From Tubiluchus corallicola (taxonomy: Eukaryota > Animalia > Priapulida), in contig JAQGDQ010000328.1 of the NCBI GenBank assembly GCA_030141605.1, forward strand, positions 236,933-267,860: 30,928 nt of DNA, in the 5' to 3' direction. Below the pieces are notes generated by a model. It saw nothing but the letters and a program-made list of their open reading frames with translations, had not been told where the DNA came from and did not search any database. Shown one piece after another: positions 1 to 10,252 of this stretch. The translations under genes and the position numbers were made by a program. Position 1 is the stretch's first letter, and every line of letters starts with the position of its first letter.

Positions 1-793
1 TATTATTAACTGCTTTTATGCGAAACTGTTATTGATAATATTACCTGTTCTGATTTATCTAAACTGAGTAAAAAGTAAATAAAAATAGTAAACCTAATCA
101 TAATCTTTTCCTCCATTTCATAAAAGATTTTGTTGTTGGAATGTTTGGAATCTATGTATGTCATGGTCAACATGGAAAACCATAATGCCTAAGTAAACCC
201 CCGTAAAACGTAACATCAAGCCTTAGACCCGCTGGTTTTTCAAGTGAGCCCTTCGACATTGCAACCTCTCTAAAGACATATTAATTATACCTGTGTCGTT
301 GAATTTTGGTTCATATGCCTTGTTGCCCTCTGGAAAATTGTAGGACAACAACCGCCCACGTATGTTGCACAATCCTTTTATTGTGAATAAAAGATGACGC
401 GACAGGGTAGTCAGATTTGTGGATGAGTTGGGAGGTAAAGAGTTGCACCCCCACCATGAAAATCTACTAGCTCCCAACAATCGCGTATTTTTATATGATT
501 GGCATTTGAAATAAATAAACTTCAAATCTCATGTGCAGAGAAAGGAACATCTTTGTAATCAGTTTGCAAAAAGTGCAATGCAAAAATTTTATTCTTTGTT
601 TTGATAATGTTATTCGCATCTTGATGTCACAGCGTCATCTATCAAAGTCTATATTGTTTGTTTTTAAATACTGACAATTTCAAAAAGTAATTCAAAGAGT
701 AGCTTTTTGGGATAAAAACCGTGTTTACTGAAATGTCTCTTTAATGAAGCAGCATGACATTACCAAATTCTAGGGTGGGTTTTTCCATTTTAG

Positions 794-910
794 GTCCCGG
801 CAATTGTTCACCTAATCCTTGTAAAAATGGAGCGACATGTACAAATAATGGAGATGGTACATACACTTGCAATTGTGTCCATGGATTTACTGGAATTGAC
901 TGTGGTGGAG
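794..910 (+). CDS. EGF-like domain exon 1 of a multi-EGF extracellular protein (5' end of gene lies left of window)
   Basis: Acceptor ttttag|GT at 793/794, donor G|gtaaaa at 910/911; 117 nt, phase 1-1; encodes (G)[38 protein letters not shown] with the 6-Cys EGF pattern. Confidence 0.93.
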
Positions 911-1186
911 GTAAAAATTGTCACAATGCATCCCATAACGGTTATCCAGTGTTAAGAAAAAGCCTAAATACAGATGTTTACCATATCCTTTTTTAAAAAA
1001 TTTGTATTGCCAGCATCTAACCTTTTTTTACTATAACATAACTACATGCTGCAAGTTCTTGCATCTTGCTTTTTTGTTAACAATTACAAAGCATTTTTTT
1101 GAGACACTGCACTGTTTTTTTAATGTTTCACTTGTTGTTGCAATGGTTCAGTATGGTTCCACGGATGTATGCGGCATTATTTTTAG

Positions 1187-1303
1187 GTATTGGTAACTGC
1201 TCACCTAATCCTTGCAAAAATGGAGCTACGTGTTTAGACAATACAGACGGTACATACACTTGCAATTGTGCCACTGGGTTCACTGGAATCAATTGTGGAA
1301 TAG
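1187..1303 (+). CDS. EGF-like domain exon 2
   Basis: tttttag|GT ... AG|gtaaag; 117 nt, phase 1-1; [39 protein letters not shown]; close paralog of exon 1. Confidence 0.93.
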
Positions 1304-1711
1304 GTAAAGATTACTGCACAAATTCTATATAGATTATCACGAAAATTAAAGCTTTAATTGACATGGGATTAACAACATAAATAGTAATAATTAAAACCTC
1401 ATTAAGGTTTTGTAATCCTTTTAAGAATTGTTTAGCATTGAATTTTTTGTCTTACTATTTTAAAATGTGAAATGTAATGACAATGTAAAACGCAGTCAGC
1501 CATTTTAAAAATTCAAAAACCCAAAATTATATTTAACAAGGACGTGCAATACCAAGAATATTAACATAATTTTGTTGTTTAAGTTAAACCATTTCACGCC
1601 AGCATTTGAATGATGTTTTTCTAGCTAGACATCGTGGGATCTTGTTTCGTTAAAACGTTATAATGTTGCAATACCATAACGATTAAATGAATTTCTAATT
1701 TTTTTTTTTAG

Positions 1712-1825
1712 ATATTGATTTTTGCTTGTCAAATCCTTGTAAAAACGGGGGCACATGTACAGACGAAATCCATACTTACCGCTGCACTTGTGCCGAAGGA
1801 TTTACTGGAGCTGACTGCGACCAAG
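1712..1825 (+). CDS. EGF-like domain exon 3 (calcium-binding-type N-terminus)
   Basis: Poly-T tract + ag|AT ... CAAG|gtaaac; 114 nt, phase 1-1; [38 protein letters not shown]. Not in the ORF track; translated by hand. Confidence 0.93.
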
Positions 1826-2209
1826 GTAAACGTTGCCAGCCACAATGTACACCATTGTCAAAATTAGTTCGTCATAATTTATTTAATTTGTGAGTAGGCA
1901 ATTTTACTTTGTTAGTTGAGGCTGCCGCTTGCTCTAGGTGTGTTTTTTGAATGTCCTGCCGTTCCATCTTGTAACAAATCTAGCAAGTGGTCCGGCTCCT
2001 CAATGCAGTCCATAGATAAGGCACATCTGTGTTGTTTTACGGTAATTTTTGCAGCAGTTGTCATTGTCGATGTGATGTGGTTGTACCGATGGTGCCATTA
2101 GCCTCTTCGCAACAGTGATTCTTTATAGGAATGATGATATGTATCACAGCACCTGTCATCATGGTGCAAGTACAACATATTTTAATCGGATTTACTGTTT
2201 TCTCTTTAG

Positions 2210-2323
2210 TAAAAATTGATTGTTCGTGCAATCCTTGTCAAAATGGAGGTACGTGTAGAGATAAAACCGACGGATATATTTGCGCTTGTGTTAAAGGTTA
2301 TACAGGAGATAATTGTGAACAAG
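2210..2323 (+). CDS. EGF-like domain exon 4 (7 Cys)
   Basis: tctctttag|TA ... CAAG|gtaaaa; 114 nt, phase 1-1; VKIDCSCNPCQNGGTCRDKTDGYICACVKGYTGDNCEQ. Confidence 0.92.
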
Positions 2324-2551
2324 GTAAAATGTTATTATTCCGAATTGAGTGAACAGTCACAGCATGCATATAGTGTGTGCAAATAATTTGAATTTCAATG
2401 TGAATCAAGTGAATTGAATGTCAAGAACATTACTTTGCTATTTTTATTGTAAATTTTGAATAGATCTCGTGATTTTTTTAAAAAATTCTCAGTTATTTGG
2501 GCATAATTTAGTGAGTCAGCCCATTTTAATGCATTGCCTATTTCTGTTTAG

Positions 2552-2665
2552 ATATTGATGATTGTTCGCCAAATCCTTGCAAGAATGGGGCTAAATGTGT
2601 AGATGGGGTCAATACTTACACTTGTAATTGTACTGGAGGATTTACGGGAGCAAACTGTGAAAGAG
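2552..2665 (+). CDS. EGF-like domain exon 5 (calcium-binding type)
   Basis: tctgtttag|AT ... AGAG|gtttgg; 114 nt, phase 1-1; [38 protein letters not shown]. Translated by hand. Confidence 0.93.
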
Positions 2666-2935
2666 GTTTGGATACTTGATTTTTGCTATTAATGAAAACA
2701 CCATGAGTAGTACCAATGCAAAAGACCAGATGTAGAGCCAATCTATCCTTAGTATTCAATCTTAGTACCTGTACTAAGTGCATATCTTAGGACATGTACT
2801 AAGTGCCTATAGTAGACTCGGTGCACACGTGTGCTGCACTTAGTTAAATTAAAGCTTCTTAATGTGCAGAGTACTTTGCTTGCAATTGTTTAGTGATTCT
2901 GCTAATTGCTTAAAAATTTTGTTGTTTCTGTTTAG

Positions 2936-3061
2936 AAGTGAATAACTGCTCGTACAGTCCTTGTAGGAATGGGGCCACATGCTTGGAGACATGTCACCAA
3001 GGTATCCATGGCTACTCCTGTCGATGTGCTGCTGGATTTACTGGAGCTAACTGTGAACAAG
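2936..3061 (+). CDS. EGF-like domain exon 6 (7 Cys, 4-aa insertion)
   Basis: tctgtttag|AA ... CAAG|gtaaag; 126 nt, phase 1-1; [42 protein letters not shown]. Translated by hand. Confidence 0.92.
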
Positions 3062-3986
3062 GTAAAGGTTGCTACGTAGCGATTGTTAGGACGCGTTCAC
3101 ACTAGTTGTCTTACCCAGTTTTCTCGCCAAGTAGCTAGAACGTATTTGGAAAGCTGGGACGCGTTCTTTCCGACAATAAGCGTGAAGCGAAAACCGATTT
3201 GTCTCACTGCTAGAAGAGTTTGTAAAAACTTGCCGACACAATCGTAAACCGTCGGTTCACACGAGTTCAGAGAAACTCTGAATGCGCATTTTGCCAATTT
3301 CACGGTGACCATGCGTGGCAAAATTCCTCGGGGAAAAGTTCCCTGCAGCATTCCTCTTGAAAGCAGAACACATTGTTTTCTATAGGGCGTTTCACACAGA
3401 CCCCTCATGAGGAATTCTGCCGCTAGATAGAAGCTATGAATCCTCTTCGTGAGCAAACTTGCCATTTGGTAGAAATACTAAATGCATGTCCTATTTTCTT
3501 AAGGATTCCTCGCAGAAATTAGATTAAAATTTTACTCCTCAGTTGGCACTTTCTTATTTAATGAACAACAATGAACATATTTCAGCATAGCATATCAAGT
3601 TTGCGATATCTCTTTTATCATACAGACGATTTTTTTTGTTTTATTAATGCAGCGACGATGACTGTATTTGTGAAAAAAGAAAAATAACGCACGCATATAA
3701 ATATACTAATATTTAATTTACTTCTAATAATTATATAACCTACTACGTTGAAGCTAGAGTTATCTGGACGAGCGTTAAAAACCGCGCGGTTTCAGTGTGA
3801 AATGAGCTTCTTTGTTGCGTGAGTTTTTGCGAAAAAAATTGGAAACTTTCTGATTAATTGACAGCAGTTGGCGTCAAGCATATTGGCGTATCACTCCGCC
3901 TCCGCTGTGACGTAAGCCCGCCCGTGGACAATCAAGACATTAACTTAACGTTGAACAACAACTCTCTTCGATAAATAGCAAGACAC

Positions 3987-4049
3987 CAAGGACTACTATA
4001 CTACAGGACGTGCACGCTGAAATCTCTGATTCGGCTAGCGGAGGCGATC
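3987..4049. repeat. Left terminal inverted repeat of the P-like element
   Basis: CAAGGACTACTATACTACAGGACGTGCACGCTGAAATCTCTGATTCGGCTAGCGGAGGCGATC is the exact reverse complement of 7131-7193. Confidence 0.97.
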
Positions 4050-4355
4050 TATTTTTAACATTTAGTGCTAATAATTTGGACATATTTACCCCCCATGGTG
4101 ACCTATAGCATGCCACAATACACATAGAACATATTCCTCATTTAAAAACAGTGGTACCTATGATACCCCCCCCCCAAAAAAAAACACCATATCTGCAACT
4201 CATTGTGTCCCGAAGATTACCTGTCGCTTTCTATAGAGAATAAACAGACTGCACCATTTTGTCAGGACTATATAAACTCATTCATAGGTTCCTCTGTGTA
4301 AATTAAAATACATGAAATTATTGCATTCACCATTTTGCAGAGATGTTTGCGACAA

Positions 4356-6803
4356 TTAGTCGGCTAGTCGCGCCTTCTTAATGGAGGTCTGGTAAAGGGC
4401 TGAGTTCTGCTGGTGATCCTTCTCCAAATTGTGTAGTCCATGCAGCAGTACATTCGCCAGGCGTCTCAGAGTATTTCTTGAAAATTCTCCAAAATCAAAG
4501 TAGGCATTGATTATGGAGAGGATGTTCATGAGCTTGTTGCGGCAGCAGACTGTGTGAGTTGACTTCTTCACAAAACACAAGCCAGTTGTTACGAATTCGA
4601 ACGTGAATGTGTGGGGCACTGTAAGACCTCCCCTAGACACTTCTTCAATGAACATTTTCATTTCCTCAGAAAGGAGAGGCTCATCCTCGGGAAAAGAAAT
4701 GTCATTTTGGCACTTACTCTCCAACCAACCTGCGACATATGCACACGCGTTCAGTTCAGTTTTTGAAAGAGCCTCGTCAACACAAATCTCCATAATTTTG
4801 GCATCCTCGAAATCAATCCCATTGCATGTGTGCAACTGGCTTTCGGATGATGTGTCTGTGTCCGCAAACTCCAGGAATGACCCCCTTGACTGCCTGTAAA
4901 CTGAGAACTCACCCTCTATTCTGTCACTCTGAAGTTCACGCAATAATACGTAGTGAAATCCAACAGAAAACAAGTGCCTACAGATTGCGAGGAGTCCCTC
5001 TGTGGTCTGAATCAAAGCTTTTCGCGTATCATGTGTCAGGCATTCAATTCTATTTGGTCCGTGTCCTGATTCGGTTTGCTTAAACAGAGTCAACAACGAC
5101 TGAAGAGTATCAGATGTATCTTGTTGAACAGATCGATCAGGGTCTCTCATCCTCGTGTCTTGACCTCTGGCAGAAACATTTACCACATTCCACCAGCGTA
5201 GCACTTGCTGAATGAATTCTGCAGTGTCCTGGGCTCCTCGACGTCTCAGCGATGCAACGACACGATCGTTGAACACCCTCAGGACATGTTGCACATTCTG
5301 GAGCTGAAGTTTCGATGGGAAGACTGCAGAATATGTCAAAGGTGTTGACTTGAGCACATTGTCTTTCTCAGCTTTGTAAAGACTTTTTACTTCAGCAAAT
5401 GAGCCAAACGATAATCTCAGACATTTCTCCGTGATCCAGTTGTTCCTGATACATTTCAGAATGTGGACGGTATCATACAACAGGAACCACACTCGTGTAT
5501 TTTCCAGGGGATGTTCAGCCTCCCAGTCTGTTCGTCTGGTAAACAATTTGCAGTATTGTTGGTTGATCTTGTGGTTGTCCGTCATGGACCCTAAAACAGT
5601 TCCTTCCGAATTCTCAACTACTGTAGCAGCCTCCTTCACGACAGAGAATTGATATGCAGCACTCAGCTTGTGAACGGGGGTCACTGATATCATCACGCTG
5701 GGGCCACCATGTAGACATTTAGCCATCACACATAGCATTGATGTAGCTTTACTGTCTGGCTCATTTTTTGCCATGCCATTTAGCACACCCCCTGAAAAAG
5801 CCACTGTTGGGCGTATTTTCACTTCATCCACCAATAGCATACAGTGTTTCTGCTCAGAGCTTTTCACTTTCTGAAATGTTTTACCTAGCACCTTGTCAAC
5901 ATCTGTCGATGAAATAACTGACTGCAGCTTTCTTTTGCTGGGTAACACTAAAAAGTCACGCAGTTGTTCGTAATTGCAATGGGGAAATGACTCTATTGCA
6001 AAGCAATAATCAGACACTGTGAAAGTCTTATCACATAATAGTCGAAGCTGTCGTGTTAGAAATTTGAGCTTCTTGGCTTTAGCATTAACACTAGGAGATT
6101 GTTCTCGATTTTGAGCTAGTTCAAGTTCAAGAGACTTTGTCACTTTGTTGACAGTATCATCAACATGATGAATGTGGTTTACAACAGAATTCACAACCGC
6201 GAAAAATTGTGAGTAAGAGGACAGCCCATTGTTCGGACTGAGGATTTTACTTAATGGCACACTGATCCCGTTTTTGAAAGCATACAGAGTAAGAGGGGAA
6301 CACAAGGTAGGCTTATTGTGAACAATAATTGACATATAACATTGACTGTGGTCCTCTTCCATGAACATGCACACAAATTTGTCTTATGTGCGAGATATAA
6401 TGGGGTTCTGATACGTCTTATGCAGGTCTTTCTCAGGAGTGAATTCATTGAGAGAAGTTATTTTATCCTTTTTAAAGAAATAATTCAGCTGCTGGTCCTC
6501 AGTTTTTGGAGGGCGAGGTGGTGGCTTTGGAGTGGGCAAGCATGATGTTGGAACGTTGAAAATACTGGGTGGATCCACTGGCCTGGTGTGACCACCTGGA
6601 ATTTTGACCATTTGAGTATCCGATGGCCAATGCTTTTCGCAAATGAAAAATTTCGTTGGATCAACAACAAAGCCTTCGCGTGGGGGACGAACACTTAGCC
6701 ATTTCTGTTTTTCTACATGATCTCTTGGCAGTCTGAACACACGACACTTGTTCTCCGTGTCATAGTTACCTTTGCATTTAACAACACCACACTTGTTAGG
6801 CAT
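4356..6803 (-). pseudogene. P-element/THAP9-like transposase, intronless, 815 codons with one in-frame TAA at 6384-6386
   Basis: ATG at 6803 starts a THAP C2CH finger (MPNKCGVVKC...F.LP...W...ICEKHW...PSIF). The frame continues past TAA (GAC AAA TTT GTG TGC...) into ORF 4356..6374, which has P-type motifs YEQLR..LVLPS, LLVDEV, MTDNH, YDTVHILKCIRNNW, LQSDRIEGEF, YVAGW and SRGGLTVP. Confidence 0.9.
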
Positions 6804-6898
6804 GCTGCTGAGCACAGATGTATAAAATCCACCAGAAATTTTGAAAATAATCCACAAAGAAACAAACACAAGCAGACACATTAACAATGACAAAGCAC

Positions 6899-7110
6899 TA
6901 CTTCCGGTAAAACACACTTACGCCTAAAGTAGTGCGCTATTTAAGAAGTAAAAATGAACACTAATTTCCTTTGATACATAAAATAAACAATTGGTACTTT
7001 TCTCCCGTAATGTCAAGAACCAATTAAATGAAAAATAATACTCGCTATCTACCGATCCGCCCATTCTTTAATTTCCAAGATCACTACTCTCTAAAGCGCA
7101 CTATTTATAG
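6899..7110 (-). promoter_or_regulatory. Candidate transposase promoter elements
   Basis: On the minus strand: CTATAAATAG (TATA-like, 7101-7110) just inside the TIR and an ETS-type ACCGGAAGT (6900-6908) about 100 nt upstream of the ATG. Motif match only. Confidence 0.3.
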
Positions 7111-7130
7111 ATTACGTTCATGCAAGTATT

Positions 7131-7193
7131 GATCGCCTCCGCTAGCCGAATCAGAGATTTCAGCGTGCACGTCCTGTAGTATAGTAGTCCTTG
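7131..7193. repeat. Right terminal inverted repeat of the P-like element
   Basis: Exact reverse complement of 3987-4049, immediately followed by the TSD CAAGACAC. Confidence 0.97.
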
Positions 7194-7289
7194 CAAGACA
7201 CCTAATCTAATTAGCAGATGAACTGATGACAAATCACAAATCGTAAAAAATATTCACCAAGGCCTCTCTATAGCCTTTGAACCTATATA

Positions 7290-7780
7290 TATTTCATTTT
7301 TATTTATTTATTAGTGCCAAAAATACATACAATACAAGAAAAAAAACAAGACACACACACGCACAATTTCAATTTTGAAAAATAGTAACACTGCAGACGA
7401 ACAAAATAATTACTGCTAAATCAAATGTTATTAAATTAAAAACTGCAAAATGTTTTAATCAGCAACTGACAGACGTAACCGTTATGCATTTCTTCCTGTA
7501 AAATGGAATTAGGCTATGAATTTTCGCTAAGTAACTTCCAATTCTAATCGACGAAAATAAAATTTAGAACGTCAGACTAATGTTTCTAATGAAAAATTGA
7601 TCATTTTTCAATACAGTATAACCTGCTATGTTCCTTTAACAAAGAAGTTCATAAGTGGCTTCATATTGGCAATGCATATCGTCATGCTGGGATGTGCACT
7701 TCTTGGTATTTCCAAGATTCGTCGTAATGTTTTTCTGAATTCAGCAGATAACAGATTTATGTTAAGATCACTTAAATCAG
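7290..7780 (-). mobile_element. Degenerate 3' fragment of a non-LTR retrotransposon
   Basis: Minus-strand peptide DLSDLNINLLSAEFRKTLRRILEIPRSAHPSM...P (about 7778-7653) resembles the recalled post-RT 'WDL.....L...WRK.LRRI..LP..TH' segment of invertebrate LINEs; ends in an AATAAATAAATAAA tail near 7298-7312. Confidence 0.45.
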
Positions 7781-8969
7781 TGACTTTGTGGTCTTCCGCT
7801 CAGCAAACTGCATAAATGATGAGTGATTGGCATCCAAATGGGTGTTTCCAAGAGTTCAGACAGAGCTTATTTTTGGGACTACGGATAATGTGATCAGGTG
7901 TCAAAATGCTCAAAATAGCAGGCTGTTAATTCACTAAATTTGGACGATTCCTGATTTAATTGTTTGTAGTTTTGATTCGTAATTGTAAACTATCTAAAGG
8001 CTTCAAATCCAGCTGTACACAATCTACGGATAAGAAAGTCAACAGAATATACAGTCATACGTGGGCTATTGGTTGAATGAATGATTGGTCCAAAATAGAA
8101 GGTAACTGGGTGAAGGTAGAAGACACCGATTTAATTGCCTGCAAAGCAAATTTAATTGATAAGAAGGCGATAATCAGTAAACAAAACATTCCAGAATTAG
8201 AACAACGAAAAGGCGTGACGTTTCAAGCCTTCGTGCGGCTTACCGTAGGGGCTTTAAAAAGAAAAGAAAAAAATGCATAAAGATACCAAAATAATGTTCT
8301 TCGTAACAGGTCATGTGTTGTCTGCAAGCTTTTATCCACTTTTTGCGTCTTTCCAAACGTTTGTTAGGCGACAGAAATGGAGAGTGAATTTGATTTGTCC
8401 TTCCGTAGATGATCCTTAAATCGATTCATTGAGTTACATAAGCTTCAATGGCATTTTGCAATCATCATTATAACCAGAAAAATAACGAAAAACTAACTAT
8501 TTCAGCGTGTAGCAGACTTAGCTTTTATTTATTTTTTGTTAATCTTACTTATCGTACACGAGGCGCCATCTGTGGCGGAAATGTAAAGTTTTTGGTTCTG
8601 GCCAGCTTTTCTGTTTGTTCCCTGCTAGTCACCTGTCTATCATTACACACCTGTGCTCTGAACAGTCAGGTTAATCCACTTTATGGGAGCTGTTGGACAT
8701 TTATGTTATACTGGACACAGTGATTATGTTAATAAAGCATACAGTGGTATTAACCTCTGTTTACAGTGTTTTCTGTGACAACACAGCGTATTAATAGTAG
8801 ATTCTTACATAATATAAATTTTGACCACTCTTACGAGGTTTATAAACTGCTGCCGAAAAAATTTTGCCTGAAGATTATTTTACATTAGTTGTTGACTCAA
8901 AAACTAGAGGACATAATTTAAAAGTTTTTAAAGACCAGTCATGTCTCGATATTCGTAGATCTTCATACA

Positions 8970-9550
8970 TTCATGCATAATCTATGCATGCATACATAAT
9001 CTTTATTTAAATTCGGGCGTACAACGGAAGAACATTAGCCAAGTAGGATATTAATACCAACTAAAATATGCTAAGCTAAAAAAATTACTAAAATAGACAT
9101 ACAATATTACTTAAATTGTAAATAAAATCAAAGATGAAAAAACAAAAATTAAAATGGGGTACTCTGCAAAATACAAAATAAAATCATACAAGCAAAGATA
9201 AAAACAAGACAGTCACAAATATTTAAAAATGTGAGCTTCACTTAATTCTGAGAATATGAAAAAATTATATGAAGATAAAAACACTAGAACTGATTCACTA
9301 AAAAATAAGACACAGGGTGCTTAAAATAAATTAACACAAATTACGTAGCACAAGCTGAGCATCTACATAATTATGTCCCCGCTCCATTTGTTAATTGCCT
9401 CAAGAAATCATTATAGTTAGTGACTATGCGCAAATGATTGGGCTGTTCATTCCAAATTTTAGAAGCTGAATATCGAAAACTTCTTTTTCCATATAATTCT
9501 GTGCGTACTCTGTGAATATTTATGATGTTATCATATCGCATTTGATATCA
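8970..9550 (-). mobile_element. 5'-truncated CR1/L2-group LINE relic (ORF2 C-terminus, 3'UTR, tail)
   Basis: Minus-strand YQMRYDNIINIHRVRTELYGKRSFRYSASKIWNEQPNHLR...F, then after frameshifts KWSG and CRCSAC; matches the 'Y.LR...RT..YG.RSF.Y.A.KLWN.LP...F...W.G..C.C..C' LINE C-terminus; AT-rich UTR, AATAAA and (TATG/CATG)-like tail near 8970-9007. Confidence 0.75.
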
Positions 9551-9896
9551 TATATCATTTGCCGTGAACATAGCGAACGTGCGCGTGCAGTCGAAGCTTG
9601 ACTTTTAGAGTAGTTGGTTTTGAAAAATGGCTGTAGCTTGAGAAGAAGACGAGATTTGAGACAAATATTTCTTGGCTTGACAGTAATATTGCGGCAAAGA
9701 TTTTATTGGGGTAAAAAACTCTGTAAACCTCTAATTCAAAGCTTCGCGTTGCGGATTAGTTTAAGTCTATTCAGAGATAGCTATTTTTTCAGCATTAATA
9801 ACGTCTGTTGTAACTACAGTGTTATAACATTAAGTAATAAATATTGCCTGCAGCAATGAAGAATTTTTTTGAACAAAATCTTAAATTATTTTACAG

Positions 9897-10252
9897 TTTT
9901 AAAGCGCAAGAGGGCATTGCAAAAAAGGAGGTTGAGAAGCGCTTTAAAATCCACTGACGACTCACCCGCAGATGCCCGTGTTAAACAAGATTTTTGCCTA
10001 ACTGACGGATACGAAGAAGTAAAATGGGAATGGTCGGATGGAAGCATTGATCTTTCACCATCCAAGATTTCCCGTCGTGAACGTTTCATCGGTAGCATCG
10101 TACCACTTCCAACTGCTGGCTCAGAAAAATGTTACACTGCAGGGCTAACTATAAAATCTCCTGTAAAAACTGACACCGGATTTTATACACTTGTGGTGAC
10201 AACAAAGGAAAACATAAGAAAGTATACAGTTCAAGTTGCAGTGGAAACATAG
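9897..10252 (+). CDS. Terminal coding exon: basic (furin-type) cluster + single Ig-like domain; probably the last exon of the EGF gene
   Basis: Acceptor attattttacag|TT in phase 1, compatible with the phase-1 donor at 3061; encodes VLKRKRALQKRRLRS...DFCLTDGYEEVKWEW...KCYTAGLTIKSPVKTDTGFYTLVVT...VQVAVET-stop; the L.I....D.G.Y motif is Ig-like. The link to the EGF exons is inferred. Confidence 0.72.

Larger units (their letters stand above)
3987..7193 (-). mobile_element. Full-length P-element superfamily DNA transposon, 3207 bp
   Basis: Perfect 63-bp TIRs (3987-4049, 7131-7193) with CA...TG termini; exact 8-bp TSD CAAGACAC (3979-3986, 7194-7201); internal THAP + P-type DDE transposase frame. 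Confidence 0.96.

Noticed and set aside
223-525. 100-aa minus-strand ORF, and coding-like composition at 11050-11400
   Set aside because: No motifs, splice support or family resemblance I can identify.
794-3061. Naming the EGF gene Notch, Delta/Serrate, Crumbs or fibropellin
   Set aside because: The repeats are generic, and no DSL, LNR, LamG, CUB, avidin or TM segment is visible.
2745-3808. Harbinger-like MITE remnants (CTTAGTACCTGTACTAAG hairpins near 2760-2800; GGCGTTTCACAC at 3386 versus GTGTGAAATGAGC near 3795)
   Set aside because: TIR matches are weak (about 13/17) with no clean TSD; probably old TE debris with undefinable boundaries.
4603-6694. Short overlapping or antisense ORFs inside the transposase
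   Set aside because: Shadows of the long coding frame with no recognisable motifs.
6804-6917. Hydrophobic N-terminal extension (signal/TM-like) on the THAP ORF
   Set aside because: It starts at a non-ATG codon. THAP domains normally sit at the extreme N-terminus and MPNKC at 6803 fits that, so this is treated as 5'UTR. An in-frame ATG near 6881 exists, so it is not strictly excluded.
9614-9859. ORF with CSLRRRRDL as an extra exon of the EGF gene
   Set aside because: Nearby AG acceptors are not phase-1 compatible with this frame or hit immediate stops; no domain signal.
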